Made by a program: the position numbers and the translations under genes | Part shown: positions 50,734 to 59,013 of the stretch, piece by piece | Position numbering within the stretch: the first letter of the stretch is position 1 | Layout of the letters: the number at the start of each line of letters is the position of its first letter | The notes under the pieces: model-generated | Told to the model about the DNA's origin: nothing | Seen by the model: only the letters and a program-made list of their open reading frames with translations | The model's database searches: none | DNA from: Candidatus Atabeyarchaeum deiterrae | GTDB lineage: Archaea; Asgardarchaeota; Atabeyarchaeia; Atabeyarchaeales; Atabeyarchaeaceae | Assembly (NCBI GenBank): GCA_037310415.1 | Contig: CP147780.1 | Coordinates: forward strand, 2,464,001 to 2,528,000 | Length of the DNA: 64,000 bases | Direction of reading: 5' to 3'

Positions 50734-51924
50734 ATGGCAAATGAGCATATACACTCGCATGCAATAGAAGCAAAGAACCTTACCAAAGTTTTCCCCGGAG
50801 GACTAAAGGCGGTCGACAATGTATCATTTGACATCAATGAAGGCGAAATATTCGGGTTCCTAGGCCCGAACGGAGCGGGCAAAACTACAACCATTATGAT
50901 GCTGATCACACTTACCAATCCAACAAGCGGAACGGCTACGATCTGTGGGCATGACATTCGAGAAGAAAGGGATGCTGTGCGTAACTGTATTGGCTATGTG
51001 AGTCAAGACACAGCTGTTGACGATCAGCTCACGGGACGAGAGAATATAATGCTCCAAGGAAGATTCTACCACGTGCCCAAAGATGTACTGCAGGAACGGG
51101 TTGACGAGGTTCTCAAGCTGCTTGAATTGAGCGACAGAGACAATGACAAAGTTGAGACATACTCCGGTGGCATGCGAAAGCGTCTAGATATCGCCGAAGG
51201 ACTAATTCACAGACCTGAAGTCCTGTTTCTTGACGAACCAACACTAGGCTTGGACATTCAGACGAGAGAGAAAATCCATGAGTACATCAGACTACTACAA
51301 GAAGAGAAGAAAATGACCATATTCATTACAACACACTACATGGACGAAGCGGACAAACTGTGCGACAGAGTCGCAATCATAGACCACGGACAGATAAAAG
51401 CCATGGATAACCCTGAGAAACTGAAAAGCGATCTCGGAGGGGAAATCGTCACCCTGAAAATCGCACCCGAGTCAAAAGACAAGGTGCAACAAACCATTGC
51501 AGAGATCAAGAAGCAACCATTCGTTCAGAACATTATAGAGACACAGAATGCGCCACAAATGAGCCCAGAGCAACTTGCAAAAATCGCTGAAATGATGAAG
51601 AAAGGTGGGGGAATGCCAGAAGGTTCCCCAGCAGGACCGGGTGCAGAAGCCATGAAATCTTGGATGGCAACGCAGTCAGCCAAGAAATCAAGCATTAACG
51701 GGGACAACGTCTACAATATCGTGGTGAAGGAAGGCGCAACAGCTATACCTCAGATATTCAAGGTCGCCGCACTCACTGGCGCTACGATAGAAAGTATCTC
51801 TACGAAAAGACCATCACTTGATGACGTATTCTTGTCTTTCACTGGCAGAGCGCTTCGTGAAGAGGAAGGCAGCCGAATAGAACACATAATGCAAACGATG
51901 AGAATGAGGAGGGCAAGACAATAA
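50734..51924 (+). CDS. ABC-2 exporter ATP-binding subunit (DrrA-like)
   Basis: GPNGAGKTT, YSGGM, LFLDEPTLGLD, TTHYMDEA, PSLDDVFL..TG. Confidence 0.95.
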   Translation: MANEHIHSHAIEAKNLTKVFPGGLKAVDNVSFDINEGEIFGFLGPNGAGKTTTIMMLITLTNPTSGTATICGHDIREERDAVRNCIGYVSQDTAVDDQLTGRENIMLQGRFYHVPKDVLQERVDEVLKLLELSDRDNDKVETYSGGMRKRLDIAEGLIHRPEVLFLDEPTLGLDIQTREKIHEYIRLLQEEKKMTIFITTHYMDEADKLCDRVAIIDHGQIKAMDNPEKLKSDLGGEIVTLKIAPESKDKVQQTIAEIKKQPFVQNIIETQNAPQMSPEQLAKIAEMMKKGGGMPEGSPAGPGAEAMKSWMATQSAKKSSINGDNVYNIVVKEGATAIPQIFKVAALTGATIESISTKRPSLDDVFLSFTGRALREEEGSRIEHIMQTMRMRRARQ

Positions 51925-52817
51925 TGGTAGCAAGAGGACTTGCAGATACATGGAACGTGACTTGGAGAGAGCTAAAGCATTTCTCTAGATCAAGGGCGGC
52001 AATGTTCTCGACGCTCATCCAGCCATTCATATGGCTAGCATTCATGGGAAACGCCTTCAACTTCTCAAACATTGGGACACAGGCCATGAGCCAATTCATG
52101 CAGTCGTTCGCGAATACAATACCACCCTCACTTCTGGCGCAGCTCCTACCATACTTGGGCAGCATACAAATCCCAAATTTCACCGCATTGGCCTTTAATG
52201 GCGCGCCGACTTTCTTGAACTACTTCACTCCTGGTGTAATAGCGATGACAACGCTGTTCGGTGGAATCTTCGGAGGGTTCTCGATAGTCTGGGATCGTCG
52301 ACTTGGGTTTCTTAACAAGATGCTTGCGGCGCCGATTTCAAGAACGTCGATAGGTACAGGTAAGATATTCTCGGCTAGCATTAGAACAGGGCTTCAAACC
52401 GCGATAATCGGTATGATAGCTGTTTTTCTGCTTGGCGTCACAGTAGCGACCGGTGTACTAGGATTCATAGTTGCAATCCTGATAGCTATGCTGTTGTGCT
52501 TAGCCTTTGCAGGATTGTCGATGGCAATCGGGGCATCGGTGAAGAATGTGGAGGCTATGATGCCCGTAATGAACCTGTTGACTATGCCACTACTCTTCAT
52601 GAGTACCGCTATGTTCTCAACGACTATGATGCCCGATTGGATGGTTACTGCAACAAGGTTTAATCCGGTGACTTATGCCGTCGACCCTATCAGAGCGTTG
52701 TTCAATAACGACTGGACTACTTTCTTCGGACTATTGCCTGATCTTCTCGTGGTAGGCGTATTTGCATTGGCCTTGATGACTTTAGCAACGATTCTCTTCA
52801 GAAGGAGCGTCGCTTAG
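51924..52817 (+). CDS. ABC-2 exporter permease (DrrB-like)
   Basis: QPFIWL, PGVIAMT, DRRLGFL..ML.APISR, NPVTYAVD. Confidence 0.93.
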   Translation: MVARGLADTWNVTWRELKHFSRSRAAMFSTLIQPFIWLAFMGNAFNFSNIGTQAMSQFMQSFANTIPPSLLAQLLPYLGSIQIPNFTALAFNGAPTFLNYFTPGVIAMTTLFGGIFGGFSIVWDRRLGFLNKMLAAPISRTSIGTGKIFSASIRTGLQTAIIGMIAVFLLGVTVATGVLGFIVAILIAMLLCLAFAGLSMAIGASVKNVEAMMPVMNLLTMPLLFMSTAMFSTTMMPDWMVTATRFNPVTYAVDPIRALFNNDWTTFFGLLPDLLVVGVFALALMTLATILFRRSVA

Positions 52818-52829
52818 AAGATACTCCTT

Positions 52830-54182
52830 TCATTTTTTTTCTTTCAGGAGTTTCTTAGCTTTTTCTTTGTGCAGGGATTCCACATCTTTTTTCAGTTTTG
52901 ACAGTCTCTCGCCGACTAGTGGGTACTTCGCTAGTACTACGAGCCCTATTGCCACAGGAACCAATGTTACTAGTCCCATAAGGAGGCGTATGCCAAGTAT
53001 TGCAGACGCCGGCTGCACCGAGTAAGTGGAGACATATCCAGAGAATGCCAGAACGCTAGTCACTATTAACCCGGACATCGAAATCGATAGCTTCACTATG
53101 AAACCTGAGATTCCCGTGTACATTCCCTCTCTTCTTGCATCCGTTTTAAGTTCATCTTCATCACAGACGTCAGCAAGCATCATTGTCGGGATCATCATTG
53201 GCCCCGCTAGAGCGATCCCCGCTACGATCAGGACAGCAATAACTTCGATGGTCTCCGTAACGAACAGCGTCAAGAAGAGTGCAATCATTAGAATCACCAT
53301 CGAGACTGACAACGCTTTTCTGGGACCACTTCTGCGGCTGAACACAAACCACACTGCCAGACCGACAACGATAAAGACGAACATTATTATTAGAAGCGTG
53401 AACAGATCTCCTCCGAGAACATCATTGACGAAGAATGGAATTGTCATCACAGCAATTGAATAAGTTAGCTGCAATGTCAGTTGCGTGCCGAGGTAAGTCA
53501 GAAATGATCTGTTCTTGACCGATGTACCAAGAGCCTTTCTGAATGAGAGGGGCTTGTCTAGGCTAAATTCGCCGTGCTCCTTGACAGAGATTACGGGCAT
53601 GTAGAAAGAGACCAGTATGATAGCGCAGAGGATCAACGCTATGGTATTCCAGCCGTATCCCATACGGGTAAGCAGAGAGGGAACGGCATATGCGAAAGCG
53701 AGACCCAAGATTCCAAAAACCTGAAGATATGTGGATATCTCCAGCCTGTCACCCATAGTTGTCGAGATCTCGGGGTACATAGCATACCACAGCGTCGACA
53801 TAGTGAGAAAAGTATCATAGATGCAGAGCAATACCGCAAGAATGAAGAACATCAAAAATACATCCGTTGAGACTACCGGATTCCAAAGCAGGTAGTAGAA
53901 GACAACCAAGAACGGTACGCCAAACATTATGAACGGCTTTCTTCGTCCCCATCTGCTTCTTGTTCTGTCGGACCATTGCCCTATTAAAGGATCATTCGAT
54001 GCATCCCAAATCGTGAAGATTAACAGTGCAATCCCCACCAGCAGAATGCCGCCAGAAGACTGCCCCAACACAGTACCATTAACATAATTGTATACCAGAT
54101 ACATCCCTACAGCTTGCGGCGCCATCAGACTGCCGAAATTTGTAAGACCAAAACCTACCTTTCGCTTCCTGCTTAGAGACAA
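52830..54182 (-). CDS. MFS transporter, glycoside-pentoside-hexuronide (MelB/MFS_2) family
   Basis: WDASNDPLIGQWSDRTRSRWGRRKPF, ADVCDEDELKT..RREG, 12 TM segments. Confidence 0.92.
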   Translation of the reverse strand: MSLSRKRKVGFGLTNFGSLMAPQAVGMYLVYNYVNGTVLGQSSGGILLVGIALLIFTIWDASNDPLIGQWSDRTRSRWGRRKPFIMFGVPFLVVFYYLLWNPVVSTDVFLMFFILAVLLCIYDTFLTMSTLWYAMYPEISTTMGDRLEISTYLQVFGILGLAFAYAVPSLLTRMGYGWNTIALILCAIILVSFYMPVISVKEHGEFSLDKPLSFRKALGTSVKNRSFLTYLGTQLTLQLTYSIAVMTIPFFVNDVLGGDLFTLLIIMFVFIVVGLAVWFVFSRRSGPRKALSVSMVILMIALFLTLFVTETIEVIAVLIVAGIALAGPMMIPTMMLADVCDEDELKTDARREGMYTGISGFIVKLSISMSGLIVTSVLAFSGYVSTYSVQPASAILGIRLLMGLVTLVPVAIGLVVLAKYPLVGERLSKLKKDVESLHKEKAKKLLKEKK

Positions 54183-54292
54183 GTGGAGACCTCTCCTCCG
54201 AATGAAATCCGAGGATCCTATTCAGGAACGTTTTGTCTGTTCTTGTGGACTTGTTATATAAGGATTTACTTTTCTAATTCGCTCAAAGATAT

Positions 54293-55438
54293 TCACACGT
54301 GGTCAAGTGTAATCTGGGTCGACGATCTTGCTGTAGCGTAAAGAATCTTCTTGTCATATGGGAACTGTAAAGCAAGTTGAGACTTTCCGCAGGGAGGATT
54401 CTTTGAGTTCGGGCAACTTCTAACACAATCAGCGTTGCATATTGGTTTGAATTTCCCTTCTTTAGTTCTTATCATCATGTAAGAGTTGGGCGAGCCTTCA
54501 CAATGTGAGAGTTGAGAAGAGTCGAATGATCTTTCAAGCTCCATGCAGACAGCATAGGTCATGCCGAGTCTTTCAGTCTCTGCCTTGAGTCGTTTGTGGA
54601 ATCGTTCACGTTTCTCTCGGGGAACTCTCAGCCATCCATTCTCGCGAGCGTAGCTTTCCTTGATTTGCAGGTATGATTTGTCCATTCCTTCTCTCAGCAG
54701 TCGATCCTTCACTGCTTGAAGCCCTAATGAATCAAATCTTGTTGTACTTGTAATGATATGCTTGACACCAATTCTCTTTGCGATTTGCAGAAGTTGAGTT
54801 AGCTCGTTGTGGTCATTACTGTATCCGAATATTATCGGGTCGATCCGCATCACCGTGTAGAAGCCTCGTGCCGCAAAGAGTCGTAGCGTTTCGATTCTCT
54901 CTTTTATGGGCGAGGAGTATGGAGATAGTACTCTTCTTTTTTCGTCATCGATTGTTTCCACGGACATCTGAAGGAAGAAGTACGGGTAATTTGTGAATCC
55001 TGGGATCTCGAGGAGCCTCTTAACCTGCATATTCTTTGTGATGATGTGAAATGAGACGCCAAACCTCATTATTGTTCTAACGGCTTTCATAGTTGATTGA
55101 ATTATATCCTCAACTGGCTGGAACACGTCCGTCGTAGCACAGAGGTAAAGTGGAGGACAAAGTACTATTTCGGAAAGCTCGTTTTCAAGTTTGTCGGGGA
55201 TATTATCGTAATAGGTGACTTCCCCAGTTTCCTCAGGATGAGCGCTCCACTTGTATCCTCTCGCATAGCAGTATGCACATAAATGTGTACATTGCCCAGG
55301 TGGCGTAAGATTGACCAGGCCCATGTGGGGGCACTTTCTGTTGGGCAGTTGATAAGTGAAATCGTGTATCAATCTGCCTTTTAGGCTTAGCGGCACAGCT
55401 TCAAACATGTGTCTGACTTTCACCACAGGGAAACTCAT
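54293..55438 (-). CDS. Radical SAM protein, spore-photoproduct-lyase-like family
   Basis: CTHLCAYCYA (CxxxCxxC), TTDVFQPVE, ITK, RIDPII, and an extra C-terminal Cys cluster. Start placed at ATG 55438. Confidence 0.85.
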   Translation of the reverse strand: MSFPVVKVRHMFEAVPLSLKGRLIHDFTYQLPNRKCPHMGLVNLTPPGQCTHLCAYCYARGYKWSAHPEETGEVTYYDNIPDKLENELSEIVLCPPLYLCATTDVFQPVEDIIQSTMKAVRTIMRFGVSFHIITKNMQVKRLLEIPGFTNYPYFFLQMSVETIDDEKRRVLSPYSSPIKERIETLRLFAARGFYTVMRIDPIIFGYSNDHNELTQLLQIAKRIGVKHIITSTTRFDSLGLQAVKDRLLREGMDKSYLQIKESYARENGWLRVPREKRERFHKRLKAETERLGMTYAVCMELERSFDSSQLSHCEGSPNSYMMIRTKEGKFKPICNADCVRSCPNSKNPPCGKSQLALQFPYDKKILYATARSSTQITLDHV

Positions 55439-55549
55439 AGTGAAGCATATTAATCCCTTTGCGTATAGTCTGATTGTTGTTTTTTGGACAACAGACATAG
55501 GAAACAAGAGCTGGAATCGTGTTGTCTGGCCAAGGAGGGAATGTGCATA

Positions 55550-55777
55550 TTGAAGCGCGTGGTTATTGAGAAGTTGGGGCCAGAGGGTCACACAACGCTT
55601 GAAACTGATTTTGACGCGGCACTAGTCCTGTTGACCGATGAGATGGCTCGTGGATATCTTATTTTCAGTAGAGATACCCAGCAACGCGTAGCGAAGCAAG
55701 AGGATTTGGAGTCGCTAAAGGATCGTGTGGAAGACTCCATTAGAGTCATGGTCATACCACCTGTGGCTGGTGGGTAG
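55550..55777 (+). CDS. Small ubiquitin-like (beta-grasp?) protein with C-terminal di-glycine
   Basis: 75 aa ending VMVIPPVAGG-stop. GGAGGG upstream (start TTG 55550 or ATG 55541). Its stop codon overlaps the next start (TAGTG). Confidence 0.75.
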   Translation: MKRVVIEKLGPEGHTTLETDFDAALVLLTDEMARGYLIFSRDTQQRVAKQEDLESLKDRVEDSIRVMVIPPVAGG

Positions 55778-56613
55778 TGGTGACGGAGAACCTCATGCGC
55801 AATCAGAACATTGAAGTGGAAAAAAGAGCTCTGGCTCTCCTCAAAAGGATTTTGGAGGAGAACAGGCAGTCATTCAGATTGGAAGATGGCGCACTCAACG
55901 TAACGGCGCAGAATGGCGTTAAATACTCCATAGATACGAAGTCAGCCAGAGTCTACGACGACTCTGGCAAGTTCATATGTCTGAGAGTGTTGAGCCCAAG
56001 GTTGCCCGTCATTGACCAAGTCATAGCCAAGTCTCTCTACCTGTTGACTAATCCTCGACCGTCAATCGGCATTGATCATGACATGTTGTTCAAAGTTGCC
56101 TTCTTGGGATCCGACCCCGAAATTGAATGGCCTTGGATAAAATCAATCTCCCTCGCCACCCTTGGGGACGATTTTTCGAGTCTAATCGGAGTTGATTTTG
56201 CCGTCAAAAGAATTGAGACAATGGATCATGTGATAAAACTGCAGATGTGGTATTTGAACTGCGTCAATAGATTCAAGTCGGTGGGTGCAAGGTACATTCA
56301 TGGTGCGATGGGAGGAGTCGTACTGTGGAATGCAAGTGAAGATCCTGGTAAGATCGTTGATTTGCAGAGAAGCATTAATGATTTCTATTTCTGCAACGAA
56401 AGAAGCATGCCAACAATAATCATTGGATTGTGCGACGATACGAATGGCTGCAATGGAGATGAAAGGGCGCTGGAGGCTGGGGAAGATATCGCCAGGCGCA
56501 ATAACATACCTTTCTTTAAATGTGAACTCGGTCATCCTTCAACGACCGAAGCCCCTCTCAAATACTTAGCGAACATAATTATCAAGATGACCAACGTTTG
56601 CGCCTCAGGATGA
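55777..56613 (+). CDS. Fusion of an uncharacterised Cys-containing N-domain and a degenerate Rab-like small GTPase
   Basis: Rab-family motifs IGVDF, KLQMW, RFKSV and YIHGA are retained, while the G1/G3/G4/G5 nucleotide motifs are absent. N-domain ALALL...NGVKYSI...FICL...LP..D.VIAK.L.L. Confidence 0.75.
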   Translation: MVTENLMRNQNIEVEKRALALLKRILEENRQSFRLEDGALNVTAQNGVKYSIDTKSARVYDDSGKFICLRVLSPRLPVIDQVIAKSLYLLTNPRPSIGIDHDMLFKVAFLGSDPEIEWPWIKSISLATLGDDFSSLIGVDFAVKRIETMDHVIKLQMWYLNCVNRFKSVGARYIHGAMGGVVLWNASEDPGKIVDLQRSINDFYFCNERSMPTIIIGLCDDTNGCNGDERALEAGEDIARRNNIPFFKCELGHPSTTEAPLKYLANIIIKMTNVCASG

Positions 56614-56684
56614 TGATCTCTCTCTAGTCATTGAGCAAGTGCTTGGAGATTCCTTCTTTTTCATCAAGTGTGCGGGGAATTAGG

Positions 56685-57251
56685 ATGACACAAGAAGTAC
56701 TACTAGTCTCTACTAGTGGTTTGCCCAAAAGCGAAGCGCGACATGCCATCAAAGTTCTTGAGGAAAAACTCGGTCAGATCTTTTCGTTCAGGTCAAGCCA
56801 TGCAGGTGTCTTGCCTCTTGGTGCGTACGACAACAAAAGGAGGCAGTACGCCGCAGAAGCTTTTCTATCAATTGCAGAAGACATCAGAGTGAAAGAGAAG
56901 TGCGTTGCATCACTTGTGCTCACAGAAGTTGATATATTCGCCGCATCCACAAACTATGTCTTCGGGCTAGCTGACCTAGAGAGAGGCGTTGCTGTTGTGT
57001 CAAGTCACAGGATACATCCTTCTTTCTGGGGGATTGTGGAGCGTAGAGATTTCTTTGAGACTCAGTGGGGGAAAGTGGTGACTCATGAATTCGGGCATAC
57101 AGTTGGATTAATACACTGTCAAGATTGGAGTTGCGTTATGAAGTTCAGTAACTCGCCATCAGAGCTCTATGCGAAGGGAACGGGCTTCTGCAAGAAATGT
57201 GGAATAGAGCTGCAAGAAGTAGTCACAAAACTAGTAGAACAGAGACGATAA
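56685..57251 (+). CDS. amzA: Archaemetzincin zinc metalloprotease
   Basis: AYD..RRQY.A, NYVFGLA, HEFGHTVGLIHC...CVM.FS...FCKKC. Start at ATG 56685 (ORF track 56631). Confidence 0.92.
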   Translation: MTQEVLLVSTSGLPKSEARHAIKVLEEKLGQIFSFRSSHAGVLPLGAYDNKRRQYAAEAFLSIAEDIRVKEKCVASLVLTEVDIFAASTNYVFGLADLERGVAVVSSHRIHPSFWGIVERRDFFETQWGKVVTHEFGHTVGLIHCQDWSCVMKFSNSPSELYAKGTGFCKKCGIELQEVVTKLVEQRR

Positions 57252-57293
57252 GAAACGGGCAAAATGGGGCAGTCGAATCATGGCCAAATGTCC

Positions 57294-58034
57294 TCATTTA
57301 TCATTTTGTGTTCTTGTATAGTCTTCTCTAGTATACTTAGCACCAGGAACTTTTCTCTTCAAGAGAAAACTGAGCACTGCCTTTCCCATAAGTGAATAGT
57401 ATTTTCTTATCCCGATTTTCTGAATCCGGCGCGCCGAGGTATACACAACCCAATTCTTGTCAAACACGATCTTACCATACTCTCTTGCTCTCATGCCTAT
57501 TTCCACATCATGTATCATGCTAAACTCTGGCTTGTAACCACCTATTCTCCTGAAGACATCCAGACTTATTGCGCTTCCCTGACCTGAAAGCAGCGGCCTT
57601 CCAGCGAAGGCACAGACCCTTGCCCAAACTGCTAGCAGATCTAAGCTTACCCTCGACATGGAATCGCGTTCGATTGAATGGCTTACCCCGGCAAGACCAA
57701 TCACACGTCTGTCTCGAAATCTCTCAAGAATTGTTGCCACCCAGGTTTTCGGTGCGATGACATCTGCATCCATTGTTGCGACTATTTTTCCTTTCGCGAT
57801 AGCAGCAGCGTCGTTCTTTGCTCCTGCAACGCCCTCACCTTTCTGAATAATGATTCTGTCGGCACCGTAGTTTTTCGCAAGCTCTCTTGTTCCATCATTA
57901 GATCCGCCATCCACCACGATTATCTCATAGTTCACCCTGAGAGTAGTCTGGTGGTTGAGTGCCCTCAGGCAGGTTCCTATGTTCTCCCTTTCGTTGAAAG
58001 TTGGGATTATTATGGACAGCTCTGGTCCTGCCAT
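57294..58034 (-). CDS. GT2 glycosyltransferase
   Basis: SIIIPTFNE, VDGGSNDGT, DAD, TSARR. Confidence 0.9.
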   Translation of the reverse strand: MAGPELSIIIPTFNERENIGTCLRALNHQTTLRVNYEIIVVDGGSNDGTRELAKNYGADRIIIQKGEGVAGAKNDAAAIAKGKIVATMDADVIAPKTWVATILERFRDRRVIGLAGVSHSIERDSMSRVSLDLLAVWARVCAFAGRPLLSGQGSAISLDVFRRIGGYKPEFSMIHDVEIGMRAREYGKIVFDKNWVVYTSARRIQKIGIRKYYSLMGKAVLSFLLKRKVPGAKYTREDYTRTQNDK

Positions 58035-58094
58035 TTCCAGCACCACACAAAAGTATATCACTGGGGGCTCTGCAATTCTCCGCCAGTTCCAGCT

Positions 58095-58865
58095 TTATTT
58101 CCAGACCACTGAGTACAGATCGCCCTTTGTTCGACCTTTCTTGGGTTTATCTCGAAGTCTGAGATTGACGTTTGCATAGTCATTTGAGATCAGCCGCAAT
58201 GTGAAACTGTCAGAGCCCTTCCCGTACTTTGGCAGCTCATACGTTAGCGTATTGATGACCGTCTGTGCCAGATCTTTACATGTCTCCGAGAGATCCTCGA
58301 TCATTGTCGCGCCATACTTCCGTATTCCCTCTACGTTTCTATTCATAAGCTTCCTCAATCTTGACTGACCATAGAATTGCAGTCCGAAAACTAGTACGAA
58401 AGCCCCGATAACAATGTATATGAAGTACGGTCCGTTGAAAACGTACAATGAAACCATCAAAACAGCGAAAGCAATGAATCCCCCAAGGAGGCTTATCAAT
58501 CTCCACGGATTCTTCCCCGATGATAGCTTCATGAGTTCCCCCAAGGCTTCCTTGATCTTGGGAGCTGTCCTGACTTTCTGCACTTTTTCAGTCAGTGTGC
58601 TCCAGCCGTCAATAACCTTCTTGAAGTCTCCTGCACTAGTCTTGACAGCTTGATCGGCACGACTCAGATTCGTGAAGAGCAAAGATGATGGCTCAAGTCT
58701 CCAGTAGTCCAAAGTTGTTGCAAGACTGCCCAATAGGTTCAACTTTGAGTCGATTTCCTCTGGAGCGCCAGCTGAGGCTCTCTTCTCTGATGAATCGTTC
58801 TCCTTGTCGTCTTTTGATCTGCTAGGCAAATGACACAGCTCCTTTATCTGCTGATCTTGCAGCAA
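58095..58865 (-). CDS. Hypothetical membrane protein with a two-TM hairpin
   Basis: Two adjacent hydrophobic helices flanked by soluble regions; the ORF fills the gap between genes. Confidence 0.6.
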   Translation of the reverse strand: MLQDQQIKELCHLPSRSKDDKENDSSEKRASAGAPEEIDSKLNLLGSLATTLDYWRLEPSSLLFTNLSRADQAVKTSAGDFKKVIDGWSTLTEKVQKVRTAPKIKEALGELMKLSSGKNPWRLISLLGGFIAFAVLMVSLYVFNGPYFIYIVIGAFVLVFGLQFYGQSRLRKLMNRNVEGIRKYGATMIEDLSETCKDLAQTVINTLTYELPKYGKGSDSFTLRLISNDYANVNLRLRDKPKKGRTKGDLYSVVWK

Positions 58866-59013
58866 TATCTGTATTCGGTATGGAAGATTAGACAGGTTGG
58901 CTTTAGTAAGAAGAGTTCTAGTAATTAAACTCTATGATTAAGGAACCCCGAAGCAGATGATTTATAGCTTAGAACGATCGAAGTCAAGAAATGAGTTTAG
59001 TTTGGAGTGAAGA

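Noticed and set aside
55550-55777. Calling the GG protein moaD/SAMP because aor and a MoCF-domain gene are nearby
   Set aside because: It lacks the typical MoaD/SAMP N-terminal (V.FFA..RE) and NG..GD.V motifs, and it is coupled to the Rab-fusion gene rather than to aor. A sulfur-carrier role is not excluded.
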